Below, piece by piece: positions 59,599 through 64,000 of a stretch of DNA of 64,000 nt. The notes under the pieces are model-generated. The model did not search any database, was not told the origin of the DNA, and saw only the letters and a list, made by a program, of their open reading frames with translations. The DNA comes from Alphaproteobacteria bacterium. GTDB taxonomy: Bacteria > Pseudomonadota > Alphaproteobacteria > CAAHEQ01 > UBA3637. Numbering within the stretch: the stretch's first letter is position 1; each line of letters starts with the position of its first letter. Where the stretch lies: positions 28 through 64,027 of the forward strand of contig JAFXIF010000061.1 of the NCBI GenBank assembly GCA_017533325.1. Reading direction: 5' to 3'. Position numbers and translations under genes: made by a program.

Positions 59599-60829
59599 GT
59601 TCCAATATGTTTAAAATATAAGTATCTGCTTTTGCTTTAAAGCTATTATCTTTTCTGGCTTTATCAAAATCAGGCATGCGCATTAAATTGATTTTTTTCA
59701 CTTCATCAAAAAGGCGCAAACTTCTGACTTCTGCAACACTTAAATTATCAAATTCTTTCTGTTCAAGAACTTTTCCTCTTCCGTAAATATCCGCTTTACA
59801 AACCAAAAAAAGATTTTCCAAACTTTCTTTTCTTTTAAATCCACGACTCACTTTTGAAACAAAGCAATAAAGGTCCATCAATGGCATTTCTCCAACTTTG
59901 CGAGCAACCATGTGATATTCTGAAGCCAATACCGCCATCATTTCATATTTTTTCGGAACTTTTAAACGCGCGCAAATATCTTTAATTAACAAAACCCCTT
60001 TGGCATCATGCCCATAATGACTTGGCAAAATAATTTGCGGCGTTAAAATTTTCCCAATATCATGCAACAAAACAGCAAATTTAACAAAGGGTGAATATTC
60101 TTTTGCTTCTTTTAAAGCCAACAATGTATGCTCACCGGTATTTTTTTCAGGATGAAATTCCTCTTTTTCCGGTATTGAAAAAAGTTTATCAACTTCGGGC
60201 AAAACTTCCTTTAATGCACCACATTCTTTCATCATGGCAATAAAAATATCAAACCCATCCGTTTGAAGCGCCTTTTCAATCTCCTTAAAAATTCTTTCTT
60301 GACTCAAATGGGAAAGCATCCCTTCTTGAACCATTTGCTGGGCCAATTGCATTGTTTCTTGATCAATTTCAAAATGAAGTTGCGCGGCAAATCGACACAT
60401 TCTTAACACACGGAGCGCATCTTCCTTAAAATGCTCGGAATGAATATGACGGATGCGTTTTTCCTCAATATCTTTTTTTCCACCGACATAATCAATAATT
60501 TCGCCGGTTTCTTCATCAAGCGCCAACGCATTCATTGTAAAATCACGACGCAAAACATCTTCTTGCAACGTAACGGTCTTATCAAAAATAAATTCAAAAT
60601 CCGTATGCTTATTTCCAATCTTAATCTCTTTACGCGCTAAAGCATATTCATCCCTTGTTCTGGGATGCAAAAAAACAGGAAAATTCTTTCCAACTTGTTG
60701 AAATCCCTTATCAATTAATTCTTGCGGTGTCCCTCCGACAACAACATAATCAAAATCTTCGGCTTTCTTTCCTAACAAACGGTCCCGAACGGCACCACCT
60801 ACCTGATATATCTTCATTTTAAATCCCAT
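59585..60829 (-). CDS. cca: Multifunctional CCA-adding tRNA nucleotidyltransferase with HD domain
   Basis: KIYQVGGAVRDRLLG...DFDYVVVG, RDFTMNAL, and a C-terminal HD domain (LLHDIGK). An alternative start at ATG 60817 would give MKIYQVGG. The 3' end overlaps the dsbA-like gene by 14 nt. Confidence 0.85.
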   Translation of the reverse strand: MGFKMKIYQVGGAVRDRLLGKKAEDFDYVVVGGTPQELIDKGFQQVGKNFPVFLHPRTRDEYALARKEIKIGNKHTDFEFIFDKTVTLQEDVLRRDFTMNALALDEETGEIIDYVGGKKDIEEKRIRHIHSEHFKEDALRVLRMCRFAAQLHFEIDQETMQLAQQMVQEGMLSHLSQERIFKEIEKALQTDGFDIFIAMMKECGALKEVLPEVDKLFSIPEKEEFHPEKNTGEHTLLALKEAKEYSPFVKFAVLLHDIGKILTPQIILPSHYGHDAKGVLLIKDICARLKVPKKYEMMAVLASEYHMVARKVGEMPLMDLYCFVSKVSRGFKRKESLENLFLVCKADIYGRGKVLEQKEFDNLSVAEVRSLRLFDEVKKINLMRMPDFDKARKDNSFKAKADTYILNILEPKKI

Positions 60830-60900
60830 TAAAAACGTTCCTAAAGCTTTTAACAGGATTTATTTAAAATTTCAACTCTTCATTTGCTTTTTTTTATCTT

Positions 60901-61551
60901 TTATTTCGATTCTTTTATAAATTTTTCAACATAAGGCATAATATTTTGCACCATGAGAGATATTCCTTGATTATTCGGGTGCACATTATCGGATAAAACA
61001 TATTTCGAATCAGGAATTTGATTTTCAAGTTCAATTAATCCTTTCATAAAAAACGGATAAAAGATTAAACGATATTTTGAAGCTAATTTTTCATACATTT
61101 GGTTAAATTCTTTTTGATATAAAATACCTGTATATGGTGGGGCTTTCATACCGGCTAATAAAACATAAATTCCTCTTTCTTGACACAAAAGAATCATTCT
61201 TTCTAAATTTTTTTCAATTGAAGCAACCGAATTGCCTCGCAAAGCATCATTAATCCCCAGTTCTAACAAAACACCATTTGGTTTTTCCGTTTCCAATACC
61301 GCTTTTAAGCGAATCAATCCCCCTGTTGTTGTTTCACCGGATTTACTTTTATTGATAACGATAACGTTTTTATATCCTTTAGCGCGTAATTCTTTTTGCA
61401 ATATCGAGGCAAACGAATTCTTTTTACCAACTCTATATCCGGCACTTAAACTATCCCCATAAACAAGAAGTCTGTAAGGAGTCTCAGCAAAAGAAACACC
61501 TGTATAACTCAACACAAATAAAAACAAAATAGCATAAATTAATTTTTTCAT
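60901..61551 (-). CDS. Secreted SGNH/GDSL hydrolase (TesA/arylesterase-like)
   Basis: A signal peptide, block I LLVYGDSLSAGY, block III GINDA, and block V DNVHPN. Confidence 0.8.
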   Translation of the reverse strand: MKKLIYAILFLFVLSYTGVSFAETPYRLLVYGDSLSAGYRVGKKNSFASILQKELRAKGYKNVIVINKSKSGETTTGGLIRLKAVLETEKPNGVLLELGINDALRGNSVASIEKNLERMILLCQERGIYVLLAGMKAPPYTGILYQKEFNQMYEKLASKYRLIFYPFFMKGLIELENQIPDSKYVLSDNVHPNNQGISLMVQNIMPYVEKFIKESK

Positions 61552-61616
61552 CTTTAAATCTCCTATAAATTATTATAGGTAAAAAAACTTTAAATACCAC
61601 CATTATTATTTAAAGT

Positions 61617-61646
61617 ATAAAAAAAAGAGCTGTTAAAAGCTCTTTT
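61617..61646 (-). terminator. Rho-independent terminator after the metallophosphoesterase gene
   Basis: Hairpin aagagct-gttaaa-agctctt followed on the minus strand by a run of ~8 U. Confidence 0.55.
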
Positions 61647-61655
61647 TTTATTTTT

Positions 61656-63836
61656 TTAAATCAGCGGTAATTTCAAAGCCTTCCTTAAAGCATTTTCAAT
61701 CATAACCGGATCAGCCGTTTGCTCTTCATACGGTGTTGTCCGATAATTTGCAACGCTTTTAACCGTGCTGAAATATGTTGGATATTCAATGATAACCGTT
61801 TTTGTCATTTGTCTTGTCACAGACCCGTCTTCATGATATATCACTTGCATATTTGCAAATTTTTCTTCGCGGCGTTGCTCTTGCGAATAAGCGCGTTCTG
61901 AAGGTTGAGGAGCAAATATTGGTGCCGGCTCATAAAGAGGCGTTAAGACAGAACGTTTTTTTTGTTCTTGAAGTGTTGGCACTTCTTTTTCGAAATTGGA
62001 GGCATCAACCAAAACCTTTTTCGTTTCTTGACTTACTTGTTCTTTTGATTTTAAAGCAGCTAATTCTTTTTTAACTGATTTTAATTCGGCCAACAATTCA
62101 TTTTGAAGTTTAAATGCTTTCTTTGCAATTTCACGTTCTCTTGCCAATAATTTTTTCTGTGTTGCCAAGATTTCTTGTGTTGCTTTTCGTTCTGATTTTA
62201 ACAAAAGTTTTTGTTCAACCAATTCATCTTTTAAAACCTTGCGTTCTGCTTCTAAAAGTTTTATGGCTGCTTTTTGACGAATAATCACTTTACTCATGTC
62301 TTCTTTTGTTTTTTCAAAATCAACGCGCAACTGCTTGATTTCAACTTCAAGCTTTTTGCTTTTTGCTTTTTCTTGAGAAAGTTCTTTTTTGGTATTTTCC
62401 AAAATAACTCCTTCAAAAACATCATCTAAAGAAGCTTTGGCCTCTTCAAAATCTTGATCAATATTTTCTTTTTCAGTTGATTTTTCTTCTTTTAAAGAAG
62501 CTTCTTTGTCAGCAATTTGTTTTGCATTTTCAAGATTATCCGTAACAGAGTTCTCTAAAGAAGCTTTTTTTTCTTCAGCCATTGTTTTTTCAACAAAATT
62601 ATTTTTTGTTTCTTTTGCCGGATAAACAATTTCTTTTGCCGAATCTAAAACTTCTTTAACATTATCAGGTTCAAGTTGTTTTTCTTGTGTTTTAAAAGCA
62701 GCTAAATTTTGAACCGGCTGAACTTTGATTAAAGAAATTTCACTTGGCGCAAACAAGCGCATTTGAGGACCCCATTGTCCGGCTCCACGCGTCACATATA
62801 AAAATGAATTATCCTTATGATAAAGACCGGACAAATATCCGTTCATTATTTTTGAAATAATATGGAATGGGAAAATTTGTCCTCCATGTGTATGACCTGA
62901 AACAACTAAATCCACATTATTTTTTCTTGCCGTTTTATATACGCATGGACGATGAGCAAATAAAATTTTATAATCGGAAAGTTTTGCACCTTGCAATGCA
63001 TTTTCAATATCTTTATCCGAAGTCAGCTTTGTTTTAAACCTTTCATCACTGACCCCTGCCAAATATACATTTCCTTTAACAAAAACACCTTCATTAACCA
63101 AATAATGAATACCCATCATCATAAAAGCTGTTTTAACCTGATCGGGATTGATATAAAACTCATGATTTCCGGAAACAGCATACATTCCTTTAAAAGCATG
63201 AATATTTTTCAATTCTTTTAACAACGGCTCAATAAAAAAGACATCATCATCTATTGTATCGCCTGTAAATAAAACAAGATCAGCATTTAATTCATTTACT
63301 TTTTTAACAATTTTTTTCACTTTGGAAAGGCTGGTCGTTCTTGTTAAATGCATATCCCCCAACACAACGATATTTAAAGGATTTTCAATTTTATTTGAAG
63401 CTAAAATCGTTTCTTTAACATCAGGCGTTTTTAAACCGGAATATAAACTGAAAATCGATGCAACAAGAGCAATCACCATCAATAAATAATTGGTTCGTCT
63501 TAAAAAAAGCGGATTTTTCCATTGATATTTTCTGGGTAAAATATTTTTTGCCATTTCCCGAACACATAAGAAAAGCCAAATCGCATCCCGCACCAACATT
63601 AAACAGAAAAAAAGTGCCCCACAAATAAAAATGAAATAGGCACTGACAAAAACAAATGTATATATAGAACCGGAATAACCTTCAAGTCTTTTGAGCAATA
63701 ACGGGATTAAAAACAAAAATAACGATCCCAAAATAATCAATAATTTTTGCTTCAATGAATAAGTCCCCTGTCCGATCAAACGATATGCCGTGTAAAGACC
63801 GGCGGTAAGGCAAACAATCAAAATGGCTAAAAACAT
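61656..63836 (-). CDS. Membrane-anchored metallophosphoesterase (YaeI-like) fused to a long C-terminal coiled-coil region
   Basis: 726 aa with ~4 N-terminal TM segments, a calcineurin-like phosphoesterase core (VVLGDMHL, FTGDTIDD, SGNHEF, SGHTHGGQ), then ~340 aa rich in E/K heptad-like sequence (KQLRVDFEKTKEDM...LLAELKSVKKELAALKSKEQ). Confidence 0.75.
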   Translation of the reverse strand: MFLAILIVCLTAGLYTAYRLIGQGTYSLKQKLLIILGSLFLFLIPLLLKRLEGYSGSIYTFVFVSAYFIFICGALFFCLMLVRDAIWLFLCVREMAKNILPRKYQWKNPLFLRRTNYLLMVIALVASIFSLYSGLKTPDVKETILASNKIENPLNIVVLGDMHLTRTTSLSKVKKIVKKVNELNADLVLFTGDTIDDDVFFIEPLLKELKNIHAFKGMYAVSGNHEFYINPDQVKTAFMMMGIHYLVNEGVFVKGNVYLAGVSDERFKTKLTSDKDIENALQGAKLSDYKILFAHRPCVYKTARKNNVDLVVSGHTHGGQIFPFHIISKIMNGYLSGLYHKDNSFLYVTRGAGQWGPQMRLFAPSEISLIKVQPVQNLAAFKTQEKQLEPDNVKEVLDSAKEIVYPAKETKNNFVEKTMAEEKKASLENSVTDNLENAKQIADKEASLKEEKSTEKENIDQDFEEAKASLDDVFEGVILENTKKELSQEKAKSKKLEVEIKQLRVDFEKTKEDMSKVIIRQKAAIKLLEAERKVLKDELVEQKLLLKSERKATQEILATQKKLLAREREIAKKAFKLQNELLAELKSVKKELAALKSKEQVSQETKKVLVDASNFEKEVPTLQEQKKRSVLTPLYEPAPIFAPQPSERAYSQEQRREEKFANMQVIYHEDGSVTRQMTKTVIIEYPTYFSTVKSVANYRTTPYEEQTADPVMIENALRKALKLPLI

Positions 63837-64000
63837 CTCTTCACTCCTTTTTTAAGTCATTATTCTTAAGCGACTATACAATAATTTTTATAAAAAATAA
63901 AGTGTTTTTTTATACCTTATAAAAAATAATAGACAGAGCAAAAAAGAAATTGATTTTTTTATTTTAAAAATGTTATATTAATATTTTATTAACAATGGAG

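Noticed and set aside
61563-61612. AT-rich palindromes upstream of the SGNH hydrolase gene (cctataa-att-ttatagg overlapping the RBS, and ctttaaata...tatttaaag) as possible operators or RBS-sequestering hairpins.
   Set aside because: Short all-AT stems are expected by chance in DNA of this composition and would be thermodynamically weak. There is no supporting repeat elsewhere in the window.

Overview
This is an AT-rich bacterial chromosome segment (about one-third GC by eye) that is densely coded, mostly with housekeeping genes. Several features point to an alphaproteobacterium: HdaA, DciA/DUF721, RNase J, a short alpha-type FtsL, FtsZ with a long C-terminal linker, and a 662-aa ParE. An ankyrin-repeat protein and several orphan secreted or membrane proteins suggest a host-associated, Rickettsiales/Holosporales-like lifestyle; that is inference, not proof.

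Core content:
- A dcw division/cell-wall cluster on the minus strand (29.7-45.8 kb): rsmH-ftsL-ftsI-murE/F-mraY-ftsW-murG-murC-murB-ddl-ftsQ-ftsA-ftsZ.
- lepB-rnc-era-recO-ndk.
- An RND efflux operon.
- hdaA, an AI-2E permease and a DUF2066-like gene.
- pepA, frr, parE, rsmB, tgt, rnj, birA, sufE, dnaX, obg-rsfS, cca.
- tRNA-Val(GAC) and tRNA-Thr(CGU).

I saw no CRISPR array, IS element, transposase, integrase or rRNA.

Most interesting observations:
1. A plus-strand gene string at 22.5-27.8 kb carries two paralogs of a membrane-anchored glycosyltransferase. Their motifs match GT80 (Pasteurella PmST1-type) sialyltransferases. The second copy is split by a single frameshift. The two copies flank parE and a short archaeal-style cytidylate (CMP) kinase, and the string ends against an iron-sulfur-flavoprotein-like gene.
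2. murE and murF are fused into one 936-aa ORF, and murD and mraZ are absent from the otherwise canonical dcw cluster.
3. The RND efflux operon ends in a type IV pilin-like gene instead of an outer-membrane factor.
4. dnaX has a long A-run at the domain III/IV boundary with near-immediate stops in both alternative frames. This could produce a gamma subunit by slippage.
5. Several orphan effector-like genes sit behind near-consensus sigma70 promoters: an HExxH...NEA membrane protein, the ankyrin protein, an extended LOG-family protein, a transglutaminase-like protein with substituted catalytic residues, and an S/N-rich protein.

All functional calls come from motif recognition by eye and recalled family knowledge. 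No database search was run.
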